From NCBI RefSeq assembly GCF_028641065.1, contig NC_073415.1, positions 8,866,001 through 8,930,000 of the forward strand: DNA of 64,000 nt. Direction: 5' to 3'. The notes under the pieces were generated by a model. The model saw only the letters and a program-made list of their open reading frames with translations. It made no database searches and had not been told where the DNA came from. Every line of letters starts with the position of its first letter. Position 1 is the stretch's first letter. The stretch comes from Leucoraja erinacea. Its lineage: Eukaryota. Positions 38,094-51,900 of this stretch are shown piece by piece. The translations under genes were made by a program, and so were the position numbers.

Positions 38094-41000
38094 AGTAATA
38101 ACTCACACTCTCCGGTATTGTCGGCAAGCTGTTGACATCGGGGGCAATAAAATAAGAAAGCTGGGGGAAAGAGGAGATAAAACATCATTATATAGATTGC
38201 AGATTGCAGAGTCAGTTCTTACGCCAGTGATTACACTGAAAATGAATCAACACTAGAAGGCTCATCCTCCAACCATGACAAGGTTGACATCAAGGTAATG
38301 AACAGAGATGGAAAGCAACAAGATTGAAATGATCAAAGTTTTGTTATTGTAATATAAATGTCGGTGCATTCCTTTCATTCTTCTATCCTTTCCCCTTCTT
38401 ACCCAACCCCTCTCATTTCCTCTCTCTTGGCTTATAATTCTCTTCCTCTATTACCTCTGTTTTGTTTATTTCCTCGTGGGGGGTGTTATATCATGCAAGG
38501 TTGATCACTTCATTGCAGTGTGGGTGCATTGGTCTGCTCAAAGGGACCTCTGCATCTATCAATTTACAGCAGTAATATCAAGTAGTAATAGCAAGGACTG
38601 CAGATGCTGGTTTATGCCAAAGATTGGCTCAAAGTTCTGGAGGAATAACTCAGCGGGTCAGGCAGCATCTCTGGAGAGATGGAATGGGTGACGTTTCCGG
38701 TCGAGCTCAGTCTGAAGGAGGGTCTCGACCTGAAACGTCACCCATTCCTTCTCTCCAGAGATGCTGCCTGTTCCGCTGAGTTACTCCAGCATTTTGTGTC
38801 TATCTTCAGTGCAAAGCAGCATCTGTAGTTCCTTCCAACACCTCTCCAGGTGATTTCTACAGTCACCAAGAATCCACGTTTAGGATTATAAAGGCCTAAT
38901 TGCAGCTTAAACATCCTGCACACTACTTGTACTAGGTGCTAACACTTGCTGATAAAGGTTGGGTAACAATCTATTCACATTGCAGTTAAAGAATAGGTTA
39001 GTCTGCAGCCAGCAGTGGCACAGGTTGCTAGTTAATTTAGTCAGCATGCAAATGTGGGGTTAGACACATTTAGTTATTGGGTTAATCTGGTCAGTGCCAG
39101 TACGGTGGTGTTGGTCATCGGGTTTTGCCCGACTCACCAGTGGCATACCACTACTGATATCCCTCGTCACATCTTTCAGATATCGTTCCGTCGTAACTCC
39201 CAGCTGTTGGGCCTTGTGAGACAGTATCGTGGGATTATTGTTCATTCTGAAATATCACATTACAACCTTACATTTTAACATTTTTGTACTTTGAAATATT
39301 TTTCCTTTCTTGTTCCCAGCAATGACTCAGTAGGTGGCACTGTTTGAATCAGTTGTCCATTCAAGCAAACTCCAGAGACTTCAGCATATAATCCCGTAGG
39401 AGTATGTAAGAAGGAACTGCAGATGCTGGTTTAAACTGAAGATAGACACAAAAAGCTGGAGTAACTCAGTGGGACAGGCAGCATCTCTGAAGAGAAAGAA
39501 TGGGTGACGTTTCGGGTCTGAAGAAGGGTCACACATTCCTTCTCTCCAGAGATGTTGCCTGCCCCGCTGAGTTACTCCAGCTTTTGGTGTCGATCCTGCA
39601 TGAGTGTGTTGTGCTGATTCAGGTGTGATGATCGGACAAGTGCTCACTCAGGCAGATGCACAAGATCCCATGGCCACAATGTTCATGGGATGTAGACATC
39701 TGTTTAGGGCAGCGCGGTGGGGCAGCGGTAGGTTTGCTGCCTTACAGCACCAGAGACCCGGATACGATCCTGACTACGGGTCCTATCTGTACGTTCTCCC
39801 CCTGACCTGCGTGGGGTTTTTCCAAATGTCGACGAGCTTGGCGAACTTGCGTGTATTTGGCACATATCGCACTAAACCTTTAACTATCCATGTACCTGTC
39901 CAAATGTCTTTCAGCCTATTTCAGGTGTGCTTACCACCGGGATTTATCATGTATGTTGGGCAAGTTAATCTTGTAAATTCAATGATCCGTTTACTTCTTG
40001 GGAATTGTCTGGGAGCATAAACTGGGCATGTATGTGTTATTAGACACAAAACATTTTGGATACTCGGAGGCCGTGAGAGGGATGAATCAGCCAAAGGGAT
40101 CAATGCAGCTTTATTCATTTTAACTTACAAATTCAAGATTGAGTGGAGAGCCTGACTGGGGTGGTGGCTGAGTGTACAGAACCCTCAGGAGCTCTTTCAT
40201 CTCGACGTCCTGCAGCAACAAAAAGGCACATCATAATTCAAGCCAAGTGGGGTTATGCAGTCTATACAAGGAGCAAGCCCCTAAACACGGCATGGCAACA
40301 CAGCAGTAGAGTTGCTGCCCTACAGTGCCAGAGACCCAGCTTCCATCCTGATGACGGGTGCTGGCTATACAGAGTTTATACATCTCGCAGTGATCAAGTG
40401 GGTTTTCCCTGCTGAAACCTCATATATTCTATGTATTTGAAATACCAACCCACTCAAACAATGCAAACTGATGCCTGAAAGCTCTTAAACCCGTCTTGTA
40501 CTCTATTACTTGATGTTCCAAATGCAAAGCAGGCTAAAAGACATCTCAAATTCCTTTGCACACAAGCATAGAAATGAAGTGAAGGAGTAAGGTTCTGGTC
40601 AGCTCCACTGTTTAATACTATTATTGTTCTGATTTTAAGCTCAACTCTGCAGTAATTCATCTCACCACCAGAGGGCCTGTGGCTAGGATAAAGGTAAGGA
40701 AGTAGGGGAGTGGAATCTGAATGAAATCCCTCTGCAATGTATGGAATGGGATGAAGGACATTCTCGAGGATGGTTTAAGTCATGTTGGAATGGATCCTGG
40801 AGTCAGAGGAATTCTGGCAGAGGAGGATCAGCTCAGACTTTACTTTAGACTTTAGAGACACAGCTCAGAAACAGGCCCTTCGGCCCACTGAGTCTGCGTT
40901 GACCAACGATCCCTGTACACCAACAGCATCCTACGCAATAGGGACAATTTTACCAAAGCCAATTAACCTACAAACCCACACATCTTTGGTGTATGGGAGG

Positions 41001-44000
41001 AAACAAGAACACGTGGTCACGGGCACGAGAACAAACAAACTCCGTACAGACAGCACCCGAGGTCGGGATCAAACCAAATGAACTAAATAGTTTCAGTGCA
41101 AACATAGGTTTAAGTTTAGGTTTCAAGTTTGCCTCTTGGTATGCACGAGTTTAGAAGGTTGAGTGGGGACCTCATTGGAACTTACAGAATAATGAAAGAC
41201 AAAGATAGAATGGATGTGGAAAGGTTGTTTCTACTGGTGGTAGAGTCTAGGACCAGAGGTTTATAGGCTCAGAATTAAAGGGCGCTCTTTTAGAAAGGAG
41301 GTGAGGAGGAACTTCTTTAGTCAGAGAGTGGTTAATCTGTGTAACTCTGCCACAGAGGGCTGTGGAGGGCGTTAGTGGATAGTTTTAAGATAGCGATAGA
41401 CAAATTCGTGATTAGAACGGGTGTCAAGGGTTATGGGGAGAAGGCAGGAAAATGGGAGGCTGAGATCAGCCATGATTGAATGGAGGAGTAGACTCAATGG
41501 GCCGAATGGCCTAATTCTACTCCTATAACTTGTGATCTTGCATCAGTGGACGGTACACAGCTAATGGTCATGCTGTTGTGGGGGCTTTCCTCCTGAGATA
41601 TAAAAATCGTCATGGACTAGACAGTTCCAGCTGACATAGGCCTGGTCAGGGAAGGAGTTTACATGTGGGCAAGATGTAACCAGAATAGCTTCTCTTTAGA
41701 GTTAGGCAACCACCATCTCAGGATATTATAGTATCTTCTTCAAGCCTGTTGACCTTTCTGTACACAGTTACTAGCCGTACAGTATCACAATGTGTTCTCC
41801 AATCGGGTTGCAAAAGCTCATTTTCTCTTCTTTCTTACCAACAAAAGTAACTGGATAAGAGATTTTCTCCCTCCTGCTCCACATTTACCACACTATGCAT
41901 TGCAGTGATTTCCTGCTTATTAGATGCAGGTTCTTCCAATTGACTCAACATGTGTAGGATCTTGTACAGGAAAGAACTGCAGATGCTGGTTTAAATCAAA
42001 GATAGACACAAAATGCTGGAGTAACTCAGCGGGACAAGCAGCATCTCTGGAGAGAAGGAATGGGTTGAGGCCCTGCAACAAGTGTAGTTCTTGCCCAGGG
42101 AGTGTGAGCTGGGACAATGTCAAGGAACATACACTCCTTATGTGACCGGTGCTGTACCCAAGTATGTTTGACGGGATAGTAAAGAGATACCTGAACTCTG
42201 TTACTCCTGCTGTTCTTGTCGAGGAGAGTGTTACAATGTGCATTGTAGAGGGAGTTTACTCTGCGTCTAACTTGCATTGTTCCTGCCTGGAGTATTTGAT
42301 GACGCACTTTATTGGCCCTTGGTAAGTAATGAGATCTGTAAAATCAATCTAATTTTACAAACTTTTTGTAAAAATCTATCTATATCAGGCTGCAGATGCA
42401 TGTTATAGGATGACATTTACTCATGTTTGGAAACATAATTAATGTAGTATGGTAATATTTACCTGCCCCTTTGCCAAGTAGTCAGCTATATTGTTTAGGA
42501 GTTTGTAGAAAACTTCAAACCAGGGCAGGAAACTAGAAGACAAATAAAAACAATGGAAAGAAAATGCTGATATATAAAGAAATGAACATGTAGACACAAA
42601 ATGCTGGAGTAACTCAGCGGGACAGGCAGCATCTCTGGAGAGTTTTTTGGGGCAGGATCATTGGTATTGTGGAGTCTCACCAACAGGTGGAGGTGTGAAC
42701 AGCAGTTATTGGAGAAGAAGACAATTAAATATATGTTTTTCTATTTTCTAGAAATGTTTTTGGGGGAACCACAGGGGCGGCTGATACCTCATCAGTGTCA
42801 GTGACCCAGGTTCGATCCTGACCTCGGGTGTTATCGGTGTGGAGTTTGCATGTTTTCACTGTGATCCCGTGGGTTTTCTCCCACGTTGCAGAGATGTGTG
42901 GGTTTGTAGGTTGATTGACCTCTGTAAATTGCCCCGTGTGTGAAGGGAAGATAAATGTAAAATGCTGGAGTAACTCAGCGGGACAGACAGCAACTCTGGA
43001 GACTAGGAATGGGTGACATTTTGGGTCGAGACCCTCCTTCAGACTGCTCAACCCGAAAAATCACCAATTCCTTCTCTCCAGAGATGCTGCCTGTCCCGCT
43101 GAGTTACTAATGTGTAGGAAATAGATGGGGAAAGTGCGATAATGTAGAACAAGTGTGAAAGGATAATTGATAGTTGCCGTGGGCTGAAGGGCCCATTTCC
43201 ATGTTGTATCTCTGAATTAAACGAGGTTGGTTTGAAGATATAATTGAAGTTCTGGGTGCATCTTCCCATCCTACCTGAGGATGCAGATGCAGGTCTTCGA
43301 TCCGCTGGTCAAGCGGCAAAAACCAAACCGCTGATAGCCGTCTATATCTGTCAGCACGAACGTGAACTGCTGGACGGTGGAACTTTCCCACTCCCTGCCA
43401 AACAGAAGCAGAATTTGTAGTTCAGTCAACTTGGTAAACCAGAGCAACTGTAATTCAATAAGCGATTCAGCAGAGGGTTTCGTGAAGATTAATAAAACAT
43501 GTTTCAAATGTTGATATTAAACATTCTTAATTTGCCCAAGTTGGATGCAGAATGAAACAAGTCGCACAAACTGCCTGACCACCCACTTGACACCAGTATT
43601 TACTTCCACACTCACTTCACCAGTGCCTGCCTTCTAGCTAAGTCATTATAAGTTTGCTTGCAGCAGAGTTAGAAAGACACTACGTCAATCATGAGTATGT
43701 CAAATCTTTGCTACCTCCAGGCATTGATTGGGACCCAGCCTTCATCTGAGGTCCCCCTAGTCACCAACAGGCATTCACTCCGAAAGCCATGGATAGATTC
43801 TTACCTTTCCATGTCAAACGGGAAGCAAAACTTCGGCAGGCTCTGTAAAGATTCCTGTGAAATGAGAAATAGGCATTTAGATGTTAAAGTTATTGCTAAG
43901 GAAGAAACTGCAGATGCTGGTCTAAACTGATAGACACAAACTCAGTGGGACGGGCAGCATCTCTGGAGAGAAGGAATGGGTGACGTTTCAGGTCGAGACC

Positions 44001-45897
44001 CTTCTTCAGACTCGATCTACAATAATAGGTGGGATATCTTATTAAGGGCCACTGTTGACACTAGAGGGCAAAGCAGACTAGTGCATCATTGAGACGTAGT
44101 TAGAAAAGATTTGTGCTTGATTCCAATTCTTCCTATGGATTTTGCAGGAGTTTGTTGCCTGTGCAGGGTTAGCTATGCCATTGGAAACTGAGATTCATCC
44201 CTTTAATTTGCAATTTGTTGGTTGTGCAAAGTAATGGGGAGGGTGGTTTCTAATCGTAGTCAGCAGGTATAAACTCAGCATTGGATAGTTGCAGTTGGGA
44301 GAAATTGTCATTGTTCTAGTGTAAACCTGACAAAGAGATTCATTCACAAACTAATAATTAAAAATAGGATTTGCATTCAGATTGTATTTAGCGGCTCCAA
44401 ATTCTGGCGACTGCACATTTGTGGTTGTGGGAGGTGATAGTAAAGAACCATTGAAACATTGACCATTATTGTGATCCAAATAATCATTCGACAAACAAGT
44501 GTAAATGCACACACTTAAATATAACTCCCATTATTTAATCAGTTCAAAGTAAAAACGATGAATGTGCCACTCGGTTAATTTCACTGGGGAAAAAAATGAA
44601 TTTTGAGAGATAACCTGAGTCTTTAAGATTAGGTAGCAGTTTTTTGGACAGAATTCATGTAGAGATATTTCTGTGGGAAATTCCAAAATGTTTGGCTATA
44701 AATATAAATTCAGGCACCTGTGGGCAGTGCGCCAAGGGAAATTCCTTGTATGTGCATACTTGGCCAATAAACTTATTCATTCATTCATTCAAAATCCATC
44801 GGTAGGTCGTGAAAAATGTATTTACCATTAGGAAGTAGATTAGGAGGAATCTCTTGAGACAGAGGGTGGCGAATCTATGGAATTCAGTCACAAAAGGCTG
44901 TGGAGGCCAAGTCAATGGATATTTTTAAGGCAGAGATTGACAGATTTTGATTAGTGTGGGTGTCGGGGGTTATGGGGAGAAGGTAGGAGAATGGGGTTGA
45001 GGGGGAAAGATAGATCAGCTATGATTGAATGGTGGGGTAGACATCATGTGCCTAAAGGCCAAATTCTGCTCCTATAACTTATGAACCCAGTGAGTGGTAA
45101 GAATGTGGAATGTGCTTCAAAAAAAGGAGTTGAGGTAAATAGTTGAAATTGGATTGCAGCTTCTGACAGGAATATAGTACTAGTTGACAGATAATGGGAG
45201 GCAGGTTAAATGGAGCATGTGCAGATGGATAGATCACTTGCATTTGTATGATTTGGTAAATTGGGAAGCAGAATCCTTCAATACCCACTCATGCCTGGAC
45301 ATGGCCAGATCTCAATCACTAACCAATGCACAACCATCATTGAGGATCAATGAACCACAGAGCCAGATAGAAGATGCAGCTTACCTGGTCATTGTAATCC
45401 TCAGGATATTGTTTCAGCACTGCAGGATCTGCAAGGGATGACAGAACCATTAAAACAGCCCCCAGTCTCCACAGTCAACATGTACACTATGCCTGTTGTC
45501 CCTCTCTGATCTACCGGTTCATGTACTGACTTTCTGAGAGCACCTTTGGATCTTTTGTTGCAAGGCATGCTAGAGGATAATGCAGCAGCTGAGATGAAAG
45601 TTGGTCACCTTGACCAAATGCAGAAACTGTGCTCATGTCAACAGTTTGTGGTTGAAACCATTCCTTGTAAATGTTTGTTGGGATATAAAATTAACAACTC
45701 TTCCAAGCCTGAGAACATAAATATATTGATAACCAGTTTATCCTGGCAGATATCAGTCGGGTTTCAATGTCTGTATAACACGTTATAGTTTCGTGGTCTG
45801 GATAACTCATTATCATCTAGCCCACAACCAACAATGGACCATTGTGAACATCTTTCCTTAATCATGGTTACATTTTTGCATATCTTCCATTAATTTG

Positions 45898-45933
<36 letters not shown>

Positions 45934-48900
45934 TACTGTCTATATCTCTTATTTCCCTTTCCCCTGACTCTCAGTTTGAAGGAAACATCACCCATTCCTT
46001 TTCTCCAGAGATGCTGCCTGACCCGCTGAGTTATTCCAGCATTTTGTGTCTATTTTCAGTCAGTCTTGTTGTGCTCAGGATCAGTAGGCACTTCAAGAGT
46101 TCAGTCTTTCCTTTGAATATCACAGAGGATACTATCAAGGTGTCCTATTTTAGGCCAACATAAACATTAAGCAGTTCCTGTGCTGTACTGTACTATGCTT
46201 TATTTCTCTTGAGCACCATAAGCTGATGCTAGCCACAAAATGTTGGAGTAAGTCAAAGGGACAGGCAGCATCTCTGGATAGAAGGAATGGGTGACGTTTT
46301 GGGTCAAGACCCTTCTTCAGATGGATGGTTTCGTTATAAGAAGTTACTACTTCTAGTAGCAATGTATCTCCGTTCTTTTAGGAGGGGGGGGGGGGGGGGG
46401 GGGGGGGGAACTCCACACATGGTTATAGATGTTAGTCATAAATCCCTGCATGACACCAGCAGAGGCTTGGGCCTGCTTCCGAGCAGACCGGATATGGTTT
46501 TAACGCAACATGAGGTTGATCATTAACTGGAACGGGATTCAGTTTATTTTTCTCATATAAAATGTCTGCTCCACACATCGCATTGCAATCCACTGCCTGA
46601 AAATCCATGGAACCTGCTCCAGTGATCATGTCACCATGCTGGGAGCCGGCCTCTGTTATCTGCAGGGCCTTGTCCTGCCCATATGTTCTACTGAGAAACT
46701 CAACAGGAAACCTGTGGCTTCAGCACGACTTTAAAAAAAACAAAACTTCAGATTTGCAGAAATGAGTCGGTCTTTGTGGCCCACTCCAAATCTTGAAGTC
46801 ACGCTCCCTTGCCTTTTTGTCTTAAATTCTCTCTTCCCTCAATCTCTGCCCATCACCCCAGAGTTGGAATACGGGCACCACAGAGTGGGAGTTCTTCATT
46901 ATCGTGAGAGGGTTGCCAGAAATTTGACCAGAATATGCATTGGTGCCAAATAGGTCCTGTTCACGCACCCACGCGTTCCAGCACAGTGTTCAGCAATGCT
47001 CGCACCTCCTTAGTAAGTAAGTAACTTTATTGGCCAAGTATTCACATACAAGGAATTTGCCTTGGTGCTCTGCCCACAAGTAACAACATGACATACAGTG
47101 ACAGTTACGAATGACTCAGAAAACACTAAACATTAATAATAATAAAACATTAATGATAAAACATTTAGGGTGAACTGTAATGCTGTCAGGGAGCTATAAC
47201 TGAGGGTTTTGCCATCACTTTTATCAAAAGGACATCATGTTCAGTTTTTTTTTTTATAAACTCACACATTTTTAGACAACCAGATTTAAAAGAAACCCGA
47301 GACAGCGGAAACCCATTTCCTGTGGCACTTGGTTAACGGCAGCAGCAGTATATTTGGTCTATTCTACTTATCTACAGGACCCATGTTTTTAAAATGTGTT
47401 GTGTTTTGAGCCCGTCTAGTGATGTTACAGTCTGATCGTCTGATCCTAACTGATCTCAGATGAAATAGATTCAAGGCTTGGTTAGTATCTGGATGGAAGA
47501 CTGCACTGAAATAGTAGATATCTATCACCAATTCCACTGTGCCCGAGTATTACGCCTATACATTGTAGTATCTAAGCTGCCCAAAATTGTTGTCGTCACC
47601 TTGGGATTGTCATTGTTCAATCCAGCTTCAGACAGTTTAATTATGATGAAATCGTAAATTGAGTTGGCAATGTGCTGTAGGAAGGAACTGCAGATGCTGG
47701 CATCTCTGGATAACAGAAATTGGTGATGTTTCAGGACTTTAAACGTCACCCATTCCTTCTCTCCAGAGATGCAGCCTGTCCCGCTGAGTTACTCCAGCAT
47801 TTTGTGCCCATCTTTGGTAATGTGGTGTTCTGAATATTGAAGACTGCAGGCCCCTGAGCCGAGTTGTATTCCAAATTTCACTTTCTCTCGGATCCCATGG
47901 AGTTTTACTTTACTGATGATTTGCCAAATAGAACTTTGCAAAAGCCATACCATACCTACAAATAAATTGTGCAAGTTTACCCTTGATTTTGATGGCAGCA
48001 TAGTTGATTTGAATTCTAACTTTCTCCTCTTTGAGTGCACCCTTAGCCCTGTTCCTCTGGCATTAATTTACTTCCAAATGATTTATAGAGTCATAGAGCA
48101 AGATGCCCCCCTCTATGCTGGATTTCTGAATCTTCTCCCTACTTTATTCTTACTAACAAAGTGCATGACCGCACACATTGCTGTGCCGTGTTACATTTGC
48201 CCTTCTTTAGCCACTTTCCAGACCTGTCTAAGTCCCTCTGCAGGCTTCCTCCACACTACCTGCCCCATCACCTGCCCTTGGAGTGCATGCATTCAGTGGC
48301 GGACTGGCCAGGGTGTCAGCTTGCCCGATGGCAAGTGGGCCCCTGGTGAAGTGATAGCAAGTGGGCCCCTGTTAAATGATATCATTGTAGTTGTGTGTGG
48401 GGCCCCCTTTGTCTTCTGGCAACCAATATTTTTAGACCCAGTCCGCCACTCGGTGCATTCACTCCAGAATTATATCAAAGGGGTTAAATTATACTTTGTA
48501 TTCCCTCGGGTTTAGAAAACTGAAGGATGGTTCAATTCTGAAGTTTCAAAATGAGAAAAAGGGTTCAGTAGAGTCAACACAGAAACTATATCCTCTAATG
48601 AGATGTATAAAAATAGGAACTATATCTTAATTATGAAACTACTGAATCACCCATCATAGTTCTCCTGTCAGGACCAGTTTCATCTTGCACGGCTAATGGC
48701 AGGTATCATATATACACATGGAAGATAGTGAAAAATCTGTAACACTCTCTCATAGGCAATTGGAGCTTTCAAAACAATGAACAATAGACCTACAAGAAGG
48801 AACTACAGATGCTGGTTTACACTGAAGATGGACACAAAAAGCTGGAGTAAGTCAGCGGGACATGCAGAATCTCTGGAGTGACGTTTCGGGTCGAGACCTT

Positions 48901-51900
48901 TCTTCAGACTAAATAGACACTATAGATCTATGTCCGTTACATACATTGTTTCACTGGATCAAAGGCAAGAAAATAGTTGATGCAATGACCCACTGGATCC
49001 CAGTCTGATTGTAGTTCTGAGAGGCCACATCCTGCTCTAATTTATGAAAAAGTTCAGAGACGGAGAAACTTTGTGAAGATGGACCCTGTAAGATCAAGTG
49101 GTTGCTATCTAGCTCATGAATATATTCAAGAATCAACTTGAGAACAACTTTTTTATTCTTCCTTCAGGTAAATATTTTCTACACTTACCAACATCTGTTG
49201 ATTTAGGACACAAGGCTTCGATAAACCATTCAAATGTCCTATCAGGGTTCTCTCTGAAAATAAAGAAAAGGAAATAGAACATTAATAATTCGTAGTTTCA
49301 TTGGAAAGGGTTTATTCCCTTTCCTGAAGTATTAACTAAAACTGGGCAGAAACTCCCAACTCCACAATAACATAGTTTCTTGACTATTTTTCATGTACCT
49401 AGGAGATACTTTAACATATAGACACACATGTTCATATAGGCTTTAGTTTAGTTTATTGCCACGTGTACTGAGGTAGAGTGAAAAGGTTTTGTTGCGTGCT
49501 AACCAGTCAGCGGAAAGACAATACATGATTACAATCGAGCCATTCATAGTGTACAGATACATGATGAGGGAATAACGTTTAGTGCCAAGTAAGGCCAGCA
49601 AAGTCCGATCAAGGATAGTCAGAGGGTCACCAATGAGGTTGATAGTATTTCAGGAATTCTCTCTAGTTGATAGTAATCAGTTTGCATACTGCACCATAGT
49701 GCAAATTAAAAAATCAAGTAAGTCTTGGCTTTCCAACAAATCCCTTCTGCTTTCTTTCAACCCAGCTCCTCCCACTCTGTCCACTCTTGTGCCTCTGCTG
49801 CTGGAAGCATGGTCAATAGTCAATAGTCAGATTTATTTGTCACATACACAATGAAATGCAGTGAAATGAACTTGCCAGCAACGGTACAATAAAAAAGAAT
49901 GCACAATAAAACATTTAAAACAAAACATCCACCACAGCATTCATCACTGTGGTGGAAGCCACGAAGTTTAGTCAGTCCTCCTCCATTTTTCCCCGTGGTC
50001 AGGACCATTGAATGCTCTTTAAGGAGTATTTCCACCCTCTTAGAAACAACCCTCATAGTCCCCTCCTTTAAAACTCCAGTCACCGAACCACTACATCAAC
50101 TTTCTGTTTATCCTTTAGATTGGTGAATCTGTTTCACAACTCTCTCTTTTTATCAGTGATTTATGATGGGTTCCACACTCCATGTTGACCATACCATAGA
50201 AAACCTGAACCTCTTCCCATGCTGCTTCTCAATGAAGGTGGACTAACTATAATGGCATAAAGCTCACATTGTCATTGATTAGGGCGATGGCAGGTAATGG
50301 TGGATTTTAATATTGGCCTGCGTCTGGCTGGAGTAAGAGATAGCAATAATAGACACAAAGTGCTGGAGTAACTCAGCGGGACTGACAGCATCTCTGGAGA
50401 GAAGGAATGGATGATGTTTCAGGTCGGGATCCTCTCCTTCTCTCCAGAGATGCTGCCTGTCCCACTGAACTACTCCACCATTTTGTGTCTATCTTCGGTT
50501 TAAACCAGCATCTGCAGTTCCTTCCTACACATAAGAGATGGCAAAGGTACACATCCTGAAACTGAATTGGTGATTGGGCTGAAACTGAGTTGGTAGTTCC
50601 AGAAATGCTGTAGTTATTGATACATATCTAGTGTGGTGGTTTTAGCTTGACTAGTTTAATTTAGTTTAGTTTAGTGATGCAGCGCGGAAAAAGGCCCTTC
50701 GGCCCGACACTATCCTGCATACACTAGGCACAACTTCACCATTCTACTCCATTAAAGGTGTCAGATCTTTACTTTGCTCCATTGACATCTAGTCTTTTTC
50801 TCAAACCACATCCCGTGTATCCTTGCTTTTAAAAATGGCTTTTGGATCTTAAAAAGGCCTCTTCTTTATCACCCACGTATGCAAACCACTCACCCTTTCG
50901 TAAGGGGCCTTAGCTAAAGTTTGCATATGTTTGTTTAAAAGATACAATTTGAGGTTTGAACACAATTAATTGAAATTGCATGCTTTTGAAAATGTATTAA
51001 AAAGCAGAGGTAGGAAATGGGAACTGAACAGGTACACATGTCAAGAAAAGGAATAAAGCTTTACATGGAACCACAGAAAGAGAAGTGAAAGGAAATGCAC
51101 AGATGCAAAAGGGCACACCTGGAAACTTAGGTAGGGGATTGAACAAAAGTACAGGAGCAAATAAAAAAGAATTGATCGTATGTGGAAATAGGAACTGCAG
51201 ATGCTGGTAAAAGATTGGATCAAGAAAGAAACAAAGACAAAGATGGTTTCAGTACACTGACCATCTGTACCACAGTTCATTCAGATCGAGTGGTACAGCA
51301 CGGAAACAGACCATTCAGCCCAACTTGCCCACATCTACCCTCTTTTGGTCCATATCCCTCCAAACTTGTCCTATCCATGTAGCTGTCTGTTTCATAAACG
51401 TTGGGATAGACCCAGCCTCAACTACCTCTTCTGGCAGCTTGTTCCATACCCCCATCACCCTTTGTATGAAAAAGTTACCCCTCAGATTCCTATTAAATCT
51501 TTTTCCCTTCACCTTCAACCTATGTCCTCTGGTCCTTGATTCACCTAGTCTGGGCAAGAGACATAGTCTGGTCCTTGATTCACCTAGTCTGGGCGAGAGA
51601 CTGTGCATCTATTCCTCTCATGATCCTCTGATTTTGTCACCATAGCTGCTGAGTAGATTTAGCATGAGAATTCAAATTGGAATCCGAACCAGGACTTGTC
51701 TAATTGATACAGAAACATCTCATGGAACTTCAACTGGAAGAAAAACTTATTAACTCTGTAAAAGACACAATTCAAGAAACAAAGCTTAATAAACAGAGAG
51801 GGTAGATCACTTGTAGAAATCTCTTCAATGGAATGTCTTTATTAAAAGCTGTGATGATTAGCACAACATTGTGCTGGTTGCCAGCAATTTGGAAAAAAAC

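Noticed and set aside
47916-48515. 199-aa ORF
   Set aside because: Runs through decayed LINE sequence and a hAT MITE, antisense within a DENND1C intron, with no recognisable motif
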